Assembly: GCA_038087875.1 (NCBI GenBank)
Contig: CM075977.1
Span: 82,522,001-82,586,000 of the forward strand
Direction: 5' to 3'
From: Malacoraja senta
Lineage: Eukaryota
Length of the DNA stretch: 64,000 nucleotides
In this document: positions 53,135-64,000 of the stretch, in pieces
Position numbering within the stretch: position 1 is the stretch's first letter
Layout: each line of letters starts with the position of its first letter
Made by a program: the position numbers and the translations under genes
Notes under the pieces: generated by a model
Seen by the model: only the letters and a program-made list of their open reading frames with translations
What the model was told of the DNA's origin: nothing
Databases searched by the model: none

Positions 53135-53812
53135 AAAAAAAACACAGTGCTGGAGTAACTCAGCAGGACAGGCAGTATCTCTGGGGAACATGGATAGGCG
53201 ACGTTTATGGTCAGGACCCTTCTACAGACTGATTGTAGTGGGTGGGGGCAGAAAGCTGGAAGAGAGGATGGGCAGATCAAACCCTGGTGAATGATAGGTA
53301 GATACAGGTTAGAAGTGGTTTAAATTCAGATGGTTGGACAGAGATGAAAAGGCAAAAAGTGTGAAATAAGGAAAGAAGATGTGCAAATTGTGAAACCAGA
53401 GGAAGGAATATAGGTGGAAGGGGAGATATGGGTGCAAGTCCAAGTGGGGCACATTGGAGGGGAGGGGGGGGGGGGTATGGGGGTGAGAGGGGAATAAAAA
53501 GGGTTGTTTGTAGCTTAATTAACCAAAAATTGGAGAATTCAATGTTCATACCATTAGGTTGTAAGCTAACCAAGCGGAATATGAGGTGCTGTTCCTCCAT
53601 ATTGTGTGTGATTTCACTCTGGAAACGAAGGAGACCCAGAACAGAAAGGTCAGTATGGCAATGGGAAGGGGAGTTAAAATGATTAGCAATTGGGAGATTC
53701 AGCAGGCCTGGCAGACCGAGTGCAAGCATTCTGCAAAATGGTCGAACCGCTGAGTTACTCTAACACTTTGTGCCTTTTCTTTTGAAAACCAGTATCTGTA
53801 ATTCCTTGTGTC
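53135..53812 (-). mobile_element. Penelope-like element 3' fragment with pLTR and inverted arm
   Basis: PIANHFNSPSH...LGLLRFQSE...EEQHLIFRLVSLQPNGMNIEF is homologous to 8357-8665; degenerate hammerhead ~53197-53232; inverted arm ~53745-53812. Confidence 0.8.
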
Positions 53813-54796
53813 ATTAGGATAGATTACATTACCACAGATCCATTAGCTTAACGGTGATGGGCAAATTTTGGAAAACTTTTGAGTGTTGGTCAGAATAGTA
53901 TAAAGGTCTTTTGAAATAATTTTGGGAGCACAGAAAGTTATTCTGTGCTCCCAAAATTGTGTTAATTGTGTATCTATAGTTAAATTACATCAGTATTTTG
54001 ATATAATAAAAGCTTTCATTCACGTTGCAGAGTTCTTTGATTTTGATATGTAATATGAAGGATGTTTTATTTCTGATCGAATAGTTTGATTTGTGTATAT
54101 GGGACATAAATTGGCATTCCCTGGTATTTCTTACATGACTCTCTTTGATCTTGGAGGCAGACCAGTTTTACAGAAATATGTAATATTAAAGTGGCTATGT
54201 TTCAGTAATCTGGATATTTTGCTAGGCATAATCTTGTATTTGCCATTGTTTCAGTCAGCCGACTGGTTAGGAATTTCACATGAATTTGAATTGTAAACTA
54301 AAAGCTGGTAAATATAGTGCAATGAATAGACCTACAGTATACTATATTGACTTTGCCATTTCATGTGCTTGACAGATGTGAAATAAAGTTATCTCTTGGT
54401 GCTACTGAAGAAATGTAGTAATTAACTAGACTAAGTGGGACCCGTTGGGTCCCAGCATCACACTGGACGGCTGGTCACCCAACGCTATATTTCACCTCTC
54501 CACCAATTCCAATATTGCTGGGCAGTTGGGGGGGGGTGCTTTCTGTTGCGCTAGTATGGGTGTTGTGGGCCGAAGGGACTGGTTTCCAGAGGGCTATTAT
54601 GGGCATTGTGGGCCGAATGGATTCTTGGGCTGGCAGCTCAGTCACTGAGGCCAGGCAGCTCAGTCACTGAGGCCTGGCAGTACAGTCACTCGGACCTGGC
54701 AGGCTGGCAGCTGAGAAACTGTCAGAAATTCTGCCCAAAACAGGTAACAGACTGTGAGAGAGAGAAGGGAGAGAGGTTGGACTGAATGGATTATTG

Positions 54797-55016
54797 GGCT
54801 GGCACTTCAGTCACTTACGGCTGGTAGGCTGGCAGTTCACTTACTCACGGCTGGTGGGCTGGCAGTGCTGTTATTCACGACTGGTGGGCTGGCAGTCCAG
54901 TCACTTACAGCTGGTGGGCTGGCAGTTCACTTACTCACGGCTAGTGGGCTGGCAGTGCAGTCACTCACGGCTGGTGGGCTGGCAGTTCAGTCACTCACAG
55001 CTGATGGGCTGGCAGT
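54797..55016. repeat. 30-bp minisatellite, ~7 copies
   Basis: Unit ggctggcagtdcagtcactcacggctggtg. Confidence 0.9.
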
Positions 55017-55419
55017 ATCCTTAAAAAAATCGCAAACCGTACGTGGGTTTTGAATTACATTTTACTCAGATGCAAGCCAAGGAATGGCATAATTGTTAGC
55101 TGTTAATTGGACATAATCAACCTCAGCAAATTGACAATATCCTATTGAAATGGAGTGGGTGTTTAAGCTGTCAGGACATTTTATTATTTGCCAAAATATG
55201 CATCTCAATACCATAATGATAGAAAACTTACTTTTCCACACACCACTCGTAAGTCTGGAGATTTTTTAAATGATAAATTTAGCTTCAGAAGCGTTTCTTT
55301 TTGCATGTAAAAACCCACTTCAGAACCATGGGCGATTTTAAAATTTACAGCCAGATTTATCACTTTTGAAACTTTTTAGATACCAAAGGAATCAAGAAAA
55401 AACACAAATAATGCCTTAC

Positions 55420-55639
55420 TGTTGATGAAATGCAGTGAGCAAACGCGATAATTCCCAATATTTTCAATCTCGATATCTGCACGGCCAATGTTCGCCAAGC
55501 ACTTTAGCTGTTGTTGTCCCTTCAGCTGTCGCTTCTCTTTACCTTCATTTCTCTTCACCTTTGGAATTCTGAAGTAAGATAGATGTCTCTCACGGTTACC
55601 CCGACTTCCACAATTATTTACAGCGCAAAAATTCACCAT
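55420..55639 (-). pseudogene. THAP zinc-finger domain exon fragment
   Basis: MVNFCAVNNC...YFRIP...RVCSLHF (C2CH THAP signature; the conserved Trp appears replaced by Cys in LKCLANI); donor GTAAG at 55419-55415. Confidence 0.75.
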
Positions 55640-55781
55640 TTTGGCGGTTTTTAACAGGTAGGAAAGTACGCGTTTCGTGTATTAACAACATATACCGGAA
55701 GCTGCGATGTCCTCCAGATGGATTGAGCGGTTCCGTTAGTCAAGCCCTTTCACCCGGAGACCTTACGTGCAACCCACCTAT

Positions 55782-55941
55782 ACACACACACACACAGACT
55801 CTCAGACACACACTCACACATAGACTCAAGCACAGACACACACACACACACAGACAGACAGACACACAGACACACAGACAGACAGACAGACAGACACAGA
55901 CAGACACAGACAGACACAGACACTCACTCACTCACTCACAC
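55782..55941. repeat. (CA)n/(CAGA)n compound microsatellite
   Basis: Direct reading. Confidence 0.9.
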
Positions 55942-56075
55942 CGGAAATGAGGTCATCGGCGCCATCTTGCCACTAAGCGGAAGTCATGGAATGAGCGCCA
56001 ATTTTGCAATTAAACAGTCCTGATCTAATAAAATGTTTATTCATGCTTTATCCATCCGAAAACTGTTGCAAGCAT

Positions 56076-56324
56076 TTTAAAAGCCAAGCCAATTGGGCAA
56101 ACACTTTGCAAGCCAACAAAACACATTTTCTGAGAGCCCTTTAAAAGCCAAGCCAATTGGGCAAACACTTTGCAAGCCAACAAAACACATTTTCTGAGAG
56201 CCCTTTAAAAGCCAAGCCAATTGGGCAAACACTTTGCAAGCCAACAAAACACATTTTCTGAGAGCCCTTTAAAAGCCAAGCCAATTGGGCAAACACTTTG
56301 CAAGCCAACAAACACATTTTCTGA
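56076..56324. repeat. 64-bp tandem repeat, ~3.9 near-identical copies
   Basis: Units start at 56076, 56140, 56204 and 56268; each contains CCAATTGG. Confidence 0.92.
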
Positions 56325-57844
56325 AAACCACATAGTGGGGACTCACCGTGGAGTATACGTGCGTTCAGTGTTATTCGCAGCTCAGAGAGCCGTGACCCTC
56401 TCGCTTCCTCCGTCTCGCAGAGACTGAGTGAGGCACGACACTTCTGGGTTTTAAAGTCCCTCCCCCAGCGGGGGCAGCTGAGAGAATGCCGATTTAAAAA
56501 AAAATATTAATAACTCTCTGATTTTTCATCGATGGGAAAAATCCTCCGGTCCAATCCGGCGGAGGGGGACTCTGAGCGAGGTGGCCAAGATTGACGGCCG
56601 TAAGTGGCGGTGTTCTCTCGGAAATCACGAAACAGAAAGTCGAAAGCGGTCAAGATCTTAGTTTTAGTAATATAGATATTAGTAGTGATTTAAAAAATGA
56701 GCTCCATTGCCAGATATGGAGTAAGGTACCCCTCTTCAACTTTAGAAGAATAGTTCTGCCATGTCAGAATGACTTTCTTTTCTATCCCTTTGGTTGTTCC
56801 TGATGTGGCTGGATTCATACACGTAGAGGCAGTTTTTGTGAACTCAATGGATTGCTCATATTCATTTAACTAGAACAGTAAATACTGTTTCCATTTCCTT
56901 TGCTAACAAAACAAATATTTAAGGTAGGCGATGGTTCATCTTATTACTGCATGTACTATTTGGATGCAAGGATCAATTAATCTAGTGTTTACTTTTTAAT
57001 TTCAATTGACCAAGTTTTAAAAATGTTCTCTTTTGAATTTAAGCAGCAGAAAATCTCATGCTTCGATGTTTTTGCTGCAGCATTTAAGCCGCTGAAAAAT
57101 TTGCTGTATTTGTATAGGTGAAATAAGGCACATTTATTTATGCATACAATTAAAGGTTGTAAAATGTATCATGAGAATGTTAAAATGCATTTATCATGTT
57201 TATTGAGTCAAGAGTGTTTAATTGTAATATGTACTAGCAACGGAACAATGAAATTCTTGCTTGCTGCAGCTTTACAGGCTCATTTATGCAAAGCACGCAA
57301 ATAAATACACAATCAATAATACAATAATACTGTTAATAATAGTAATATGAGGTAACCAGACTCTAATAATGCAAAACCAGAGTACATAGTGCAACCTAAA
57401 TAAAGTCCCATTGTAGGTTATAATTGCTGAGATAGAGGTTAGTATTGTGCAGCCTGATGGTTGCTGGGAAGAAGCAGTTCACAGCATTAGGAAAAATAAC
57501 AATAATAAGTACAATTGCTAATGAAAATTGCCAAAGGACTATAGAGAGACGGTCGTTTAACAATGAGGCCAAACTTCTTGTTAAGCTAGCAAACTATGCT
57601 GCATTCCACAATGGTTTAGGCCCTGCAGAAATAATAAAGATTCATGAGGATTTTTGTTCGAACAGGCTAAGCTCTAGGGAAGAATGGGAGAGGCAGTTGA
57701 GACACAAACAAAACTTTCACGTGCTGTGGAGATAAATCTGAGGGAGCTCCTGTTAACATCACCTGACAAAGTGACGCTTGGAAAAGGTGGTTTTGAAAAT
57801 CTGAAAGGCAGCTGGGAATCTGAAGAGAACTCTCCAATATAAAG

Positions 57845-57933
57845 GTAGACACAGAAATGCTGGAGTAACTCAGCAGCAGGTCAGTCAGCATCTCTGGAGA
57901 GAAGGAATGGGTGACGTTTCGGGTCGAGACCCT
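57845..57933 (-). mobile_element. Penelope-derived single-arm mini-element
   Basis: 14-bp TSD TCTCCAATATAAAG at 57831-57844 and 57934-57947; ends inside the hammerhead core. Confidence 0.85.
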
Positions 57934-59719
57934 TCTCCAATATAAAGCATCAATTCAACACAGATGGACAAGAGTGATAAATTTGTCAGCAAATGTCAGT
58001 CAGCTTGTCTCAAATTGAGTGTCAGCCTTTATAATCATCTCTATTTGACCCTTTCTCAACAGTTGCATTCCACCACAATGGCTGCACTTCAGAAGACAAT
58101 CTGAGAAACACTTTGATCCATCAATGCATTGCATAAAAACGTTGTTTTCCTTGACAAAAATGCTCATAATTGAAAAGCCATAATTACATTTGCTTCCAGT
58201 TTATTCTTTTCAGTGAAAATCCCAGTATTTTAAGCCTACCCTGTGGGTTTATTTTCCTATCCTGTTTAATCTGTATTTTATCATCTTGTGCACATGATGG
58301 AATAATCAAAATTAATTTGCAATATTCTTAGAACCTAATGATAAACGTGTCCATCGTTATTTGCTTATTCTGGTACTGTTAATCTTTACCAGTAAAATTA
58401 AGTGACATTTGGTCTGCAACAATATGTGCCTTACCGTATAAGACTTGAAAATCCTTTCTACATTTGCTTTACACATGCTACCTTGTTTGAGTTGATCATG
58501 CTAATCAGGCAGCCGCATAATTTTGAGTGCTAATTTTAAAAGTAACTGCAATATCTATGATAAGTAAATTTTTAATGCATTAAAAAAAACTGACTCAACT
58601 TATTATGACGTGCTCAGAATCTAATGTAAAAAGTAAAGAAAGGATTGAATATCAAAATTTCTCAACACAATCACAATTCTTTAGGTTATTTAATTAAGAA
58701 ACAGTGTGAAAGATGCATCTTCAACGGAATTATTGCCAATATCTCTTTTCATAATTGCATTGCGGCAGACAATTATGAATCACTTTATTTTGGAAGTAAG
58801 GAAATAATTGACAGTATTATGGAAAAAAAAACTTCTGTGACATACTACACACAACAGTTTTATTTTTATCATCATATCCCCAACCCCTTGGCAAAAGCAA
58901 AATTAAGGAAGTAAGCTCACTAATATCCTGTTTGAGCAGAAAGGCTATTTCCTTGGTCAGTGAAATTGTTGCAGCTTGTTCTGCTGTTTGAAGCTGTTTC
59001 AAATTGTGAATTTTGCTGTATCCTTGGATATCTATTTTATGCAAAGCTCTGCTCTTTTTAACTGTTAATGATCTGAGTTTTTTCTGTCGCCATCATTACT
59101 GAATGAATCTTCTCTTTTTCCTATGGTAAGTGTTTTGATCCTGTTTCATAATCTCTTTAGTCGTTTAGTCCCATTATGAGGTGATTGGAGAGTTTCAATT
59201 TGAAATTTGCAGCCACAAAATTCACATGTATTTGAAGTAGCTTCAAGTATATTTCAATATGATTTATAATGTATTTATATTTCAGTGGATGTTATTTGGA
59301 ATAAAGATTTTTTGAGGGGGCTGAATTCTGCTGAGAATTAGCAGGATTTAGCCTACAAATTGAGGTCACATTAGAGGCAGTAACACAGCGTGCCGTTCTT
59401 GGGACACCAATGTTGTGCTGGTAGACTCCGCATGAACCCCAATGGTTCTTGTGCAGATTTCCTAGCTCTTGGGCTGGGAAATGTGCCTGCTGAACCCATT
59501 TCAGATCCATGTGGCATAAATACAGTGGGACTATTGAAAGAATGAAAAGAATTGGCTGCCAGGAGAAAAATAAACTTACTTGCTTTTTTTTAACTGTTAA
59601 TGATCTGAGGTTTTTCTGTCACTATCATAAATGAATGAAGCTTCTCTTTTTGTATGGTAAGTGTTTTGATCCTGTTTCATAATCTCTTCTCTCTTAATCC
59701 CATCATGAAGTCATTGGAG

Positions 59720-60055
59720 AGTAGCGGTAGAGTTGCTGCCTTACAGCACCAGAGACCTGGCTTTGATCCTGACTATGGGTGCTGTCTGTATGTAGTTTGC
59801 ACATTCTCTCTTTGACCATGTATGTTTTTTCTGGGTGCACACAATTCTTCCCACATTCCAAAGACGAGTAGGTTAATCAGCTTCTGTAAATTGTCCCTAG
59901 TGTGTAGGATAGAACTTATGTGGGGGATGTGTAGGAAAGAACTGCTGGTTTAAATCGAAGGTAGACACAAAATACTCGAGTAACTCAGCGGGACAGGCAG
60001 CTGGTTGGCACAGACTCGGTGGGCCAAAGGTCCCGTTTCCATGCTGTATCACTAA
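59720..60055 (+). mobile_element. HE1-like SINE interrupted by a Penelope-derived arm (~59928-60000)
   Basis: SINE body and tail flank gtgtaggaaagaactgctgg...gtaactcagcgggacaggcag. Confidence 0.7.
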
Positions 60056-61072
60056 AACTTGATTTGCGTAAGTTTAAATGTTTTTTAATTGTGTGTTTTC
60101 AGTCTCCTAACTTTTAAAATTATTTAAAATTATTTTAAAACTGGTGCTACGTAATTCATGAATTTTTCTGGACGTCAATTGAAGCAGCAGCTTTGGGAGC
60201 TATTTGGTTGAAGACGGAGGTAATTGGTTGTCAAAACCATTCTGTCAATACCGTGAAGAAAAGTGTAGGACTTCTGGGAATTGGAACAATATTAAATTAT
60301 AGTGAAATTATAAATTGGTCATAAACACGCATGAAATTTTGCAAATGATGATGCATGTGGACAATCATTTAATATGGCTTAGCAATCTAGCTTAATTCAA
60401 TAATTAAGGAAAGCCACATGGTAACATTCAGATTTTATCTGTGATAATTCATTCTTTGAATATTATTTTTAGTAAATGAGAAAAAAAATGTGATTGCAGC
60501 AACTGTTACAAATGGGTTTGGGGTGAGAGGTAACCTGTTTTCACAATCAAATAATATTGTAATTTGATATATGCTCTGAAAAGTTGATAACTCAACCTAG
60601 TTATGCAGTTTATGCCTTAAACAAGAAATAGTTGTAATTAATGTGACTTGAAACCTATTTGTGGAGATTTCCATGCTCGGTTGTGCTTTATTTTGAACAG
60701 GATTTGTGAAAGACATGTTTTTTTCATATTTGAAATACCATATAGGCTTTTAGTAGCTGGCCTGTTTATAGCCTGAGAAATGACAGAATATTCATTTAGC
60801 TAGAAGAGTCCAAAAATCAACAAAATGTATTGGTGTTTTATATGAACAGAAGACTTGAAGATTTGAACTCAAGAAGACTCAACTATGACGGTGTAGCCAA
60901 TTGTTGGACACAGAGTTGGACGCATTAATCTACTCATATGGAGCTACATTAATCCACTCAAGACAAGTAGAATGATTATGCTTTTGTACTAGGCATTCAA
61001 AAGCAGGTTTGTTGCTTTCAGTTCTTGAGTTTTGTGAGGTAGTCTTGGTTTTATAATAAATATCTGAAGATA

Positions 61073-63040
61073 ATGGGTCTGCGGGTGTCTGTAGAGGCCG
61101 ATTCGTGATCCACACACCTTGGTGCAACCTGGGCAGTGGAGACTGGCGGTGGTTGGTAGTCGTCGAGCCCCCTTCTCTCTCTCCTTACGGTGCTGTCGCT
61201 TTGTCGCTGCGACAAGGTGTAGTTCCATTTTGTGACGTGTAGCTCCTTCTTGCACGGATTTCCTCCAGGAGCGCCTGTCCAGTGCAATGTGCTCCCAGTT
61301 GCTCGATGTGATGTGGAATTTTTTCAGACTGTTCTTGATGTTGTCCTTGAAGTGTTTCTTTGGCCCGCCAGGGGCTCGCCGACCTTCCTTCAATTGAGAG
61401 TACAGGATTTGTTTAGGGAGATGTGTGTTGGACATGCGGATGACATGGTAATCCATCGAAGTTGGTGCTGCATTATTGTGGTGGTGATGCTGGTCATGTT
61501 GGCTTCCTTCAAAACGCTGATGTTGGTGCGTTTGTCCTCCCAGCTGATCCTCAGAATCTTTCGTAAGGATCTTTGATGGTATTGTTCCAGGGCTCTCAGG
61601 TGCCTGCTGTAGGTGGTCCATGACTTGGCTCCATACAACAGGGTGGAGAGGACAACGGCTCTGTAGACCAGCAGTTTCATTTGAGCCTTTCGGACTCGGT
61701 CTTCAAAGACTCTTTTCCTGAGTCTGGCGAAGGCTCCGCTGGCACAACTCAGGTGATGGTTGACCTCAGAGTCGATGTCGGCATATTAGGAAAGAATGCT
61801 GCCAAGGTTGGGGAAGTGGTCAATGTTTTCAAGAGTGGGCTGGGTAGACGGCTGGTTGGGTGGAGGTTGATATAGGACCTGGGTCTTCTTGATATTTAAG
61901 GCTAGGCCAATGGCTCTGTATGCCTTGGCAAAGGCATTCAGGATGCCGTGAAGGCCTTCTGCAGAGTGTACTGCAATGGCGCAGTGGCCCGCGTACTGAA
62001 GCTCCATGATGATGGTGTTACTGTCTTTGCGCTTGGCCTTCAACCTATTAATGTTGAAGAGCCACCGCCAGTTCTGTAGAGGATTGGGATCCCCTGTGGC
62101 AATTCTTCACCAATGAGGTGAAGTATGGCAGCAATGAAGACGACAAACAGGGTGGGTGCGATGATGCATCCCTGTTTGGTCCCCGTTTCCACAGTGAAGG
62201 GCTCAGACTCAGAGCCGCAGTTGCTGAGCACGGTGACCGACATGCCATCATGTAGAAGCCTCAATATTCTGATGTACTTGTTGTGGCAACCGTACCTTGA
62301 TAGTATGCTCCAAAGAGCCTGGCGGTCTACTGAGTCAAAAGCCTTTGTCTGGTCTATGAAAGTCATGTACAAAGGCTGCCTTTGTTCAAGGCATTTTTCC
62401 TGGAGTTGGCGTGCTGTGACTATCATGTCTGCTGTACCTCTGGATGGGCGGAAGCCACACTGTGATTCTGGGAGTACCTCCGCAGACAGTGGTAGAAGTC
62501 GGTTTGCGAGGACACGAGAAAGGACTTTGCCTGTTGTTGACAGGAGCACGATGCCACTGTAGTTTCAACATTCAGCCTTGTCCCCTTCTTAAAAATGGTC
62601 ACTGTTAGTGCATTCCTGAGTTCTGAGAGAAGTTCTTCTTTTTCTCAGACCTTAAGGAGTAGGGCGTGGATGTGGCACAGGAGCTCCGGACCACCTCCCT
62701 TTAAGATCTCAGCTGGGATCCCATCTGGATCGGTGACTTTGTTGTTCTTAAGGCTCTTGATGGCATCTTGAACCTCTGTCATAGTGGGAGGTTCTTCCAT
62801 GTCTTCTCTGATGGGACACTGGGGGATGCCGTGGGTAATGTCTGGTTCAGTTGTGCTGTCATGGTTGAGGAGTTCCTGGAAGTGCTCTTTCCATCGGGCG
62901 TTAATGGACTCATTGTCCTTCAGCAGTTCATGTCCATCTTTTGAGCTCGTGGTTTAAGCCGCGGTAGCTTGGGCCATAGACTGCCTTGGTAGCGCTGAAG
63001 AAGCCTCTGAAGAAGCCACCGAGTCTGCCAGTCTCTGGAT
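61073..63040 (-). mobile_element. RTE-clade LINE, 5'-truncated and frameshifted
   Basis: LPESQCGFRPSRGTADM, FIDQTKAFDSVDR, KQGCIIAPTLF, LLYGAKSW, LPKQILYSQL, and C-terminal CPGC...SRIGLYRH..TH. Confidence 0.88.
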
Positions 63041-63177
63041 AATAGCCGTAGAAACTCATGTGGGGCCAAGCCATGCCTGTATCTTTGAGGGATAGTTGAA
63101 ATAATGAACTGCAGATGGTGTTTAATACACAAGGACACAAAATGGTGAGGTAAAGGTCAGGCAGTATCTCTGGACAG

Positions 63178-63823
63178 CAAGAGCGGAACTCGCTATCAAA
63201 ACATGGAGGGGACGGGGGACACAATTTTTTGGCGGCAGCGCGCACATGCGCACACACACACACGCCGCAAGGCTTCGGAGGCTCAATCCAGCGCTAAATG
63301 CAGCTCAACTTTGCCTGTCTTGCCAGGTTAACTACAGCCCTGCCTGGACTGACGGGATACCAGTGCTGCTTCTCCGCACTGGCCTTATTCCCGCAAGCCC
63401 AGGCGGGTTCACCTGGCGGGACAGGCAGAGTGAGCTGGGTTTAGCGCTGCTTCTCTGCGCTGGCTGTGGGCCTGGGGGCACCACGCCCGTCTGACTCCCG
63501 ACCTCTCTGGCCACCCACGGGGGGGGGGCACTCGGGACAGCGCCGAAGAGCCGGCCGGGATTGATCCTGCCTGCGGATGAGGTGCAGGTCTGTGCCACGT
63601 CTCCCTCCTTCAATCGCCGCGCTCTATCCTCAGTCCCACTCCCCCACTCCTCCCTCCTCCAATCATCGCGCCCTCGATCATCAGTCCCACCCCCACTGTC
63701 TCGCGGAAAGCGGAGATTTTAAGATACGGATCACAAAAACTTGGGGGGGACGTCCCCCACATTTCAAACATGGGGGGACATGTCCCCTCTGCCCCCCCCC
63801 CCCCCCCGGGTTTTCCGTCCCGG
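63178..63823. mobile_element. hAT-like non-autonomous DNA element nested in a Penelope mini-element
   Basis: 8-bp TSD CTGGACAG (63170-63177, 63824-63831); imperfect termini caagagcggaa / ttccgtcccgg; subterminal GGGGACnnGTCCCC-type palindromes. Confidence 0.6.
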
Positions 63824-63960
63824 CTGGACAGCACATAGATACGTGATATTTCTGGTCGATGCCCTTCTTCAGATTGAAGAAAGACTTTGGGTCTGAAGAA
63901 GGTTCTCAACCCGAAACGTTATCTATCCATGTTCTCCACAGAAACTGCCAGCACTTTGTA
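63824..63960. mobile_element. Penelope-derived fold-back mini-element, right part, with plus-strand hammerhead core
   Basis: gggt CTGAAGA aggttctcaacc c GAAAC GTT atct at ~63889-63924; left part at ~63107-63177. Confidence 0.75.
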
Positions 63961-64000
63961 TCTCATTGAGGGATAGTTTTTCTTTGTTATTTGGGGTTCT

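Larger units (their letters stand above)
54426..56676 (-). mobile_element. Non-autonomous Helitron with captured THAP fragment and tandem arrays
   Basis: Minus strand begins TC(TATATTACTAAAA) at 56676 and ends CTAG at 54429-54426; subterminal hairpin TGGGACCC-gtt-GGGTCCCA (54436-54454); inserted between A and T with no TSD. Confidence 0.85.

Noticed and set aside
54754-55053. Repeat protein (GLAVQSLTAG)n
   Set aside because: The ORF is a by-product of a 30-bp minisatellite, open in more than one frame, with no gene context.
56076-56324. CRISPR-like array
   Set aside because: Head-to-tail identical 64-bp units with no unique spacers, in eukaryotic DNA inside a Helitron.
33000-64000. SGK3 coding exons
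   Set aside because: No PX-domain or kinase peptide recognised, so no gene symbol was assigned.

Overview
Repeat-rich vertebrate genomic DNA, most likely from a cartilaginous fish (skate, ray or shark), because it carries HE1-type SINEs and HER1/CR1-type LINE ends. The only host coding sequence I can support is the large first coding exon of VCPIP1 (VCIP135 OTU deubiquitinase) on the minus strand, 12194->9587. Its CpG-rich promoter has two oppositely oriented ACTACAnTnCCC motifs. A second CpG island with a splice donor at ~32.9 kb may be the 5' end of a divergent gene (SGK3 by human synteny; unproven). The rest is transposon-derived: two CsRn1-like Gypsy LTR elements with TG...AA LTR ends, an old Gypsy relic, a 5'-truncated L1 whose ORF2 has a single nonsense codon and a structured upstream spacer, a HERO-like RLE LINE, an RTE LINE, CR1 fragments, HE1 SINEs, two non-autonomous Helitrons (one carrying a THAP exon with promoter-like motifs) and a hAT-like MITE. 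The most striking non-obvious system is a dense family of ~90-250 bp Penelope-derived mini-elements. They carry minimal hammerhead ribozyme cores (CUGAAGA-stem II-GAAACGUC), are often arranged as fold-back pairs, have 12-14 bp TSDs, and three of them host other transposon insertions. All family assignments come from motif recognition, not database searches.
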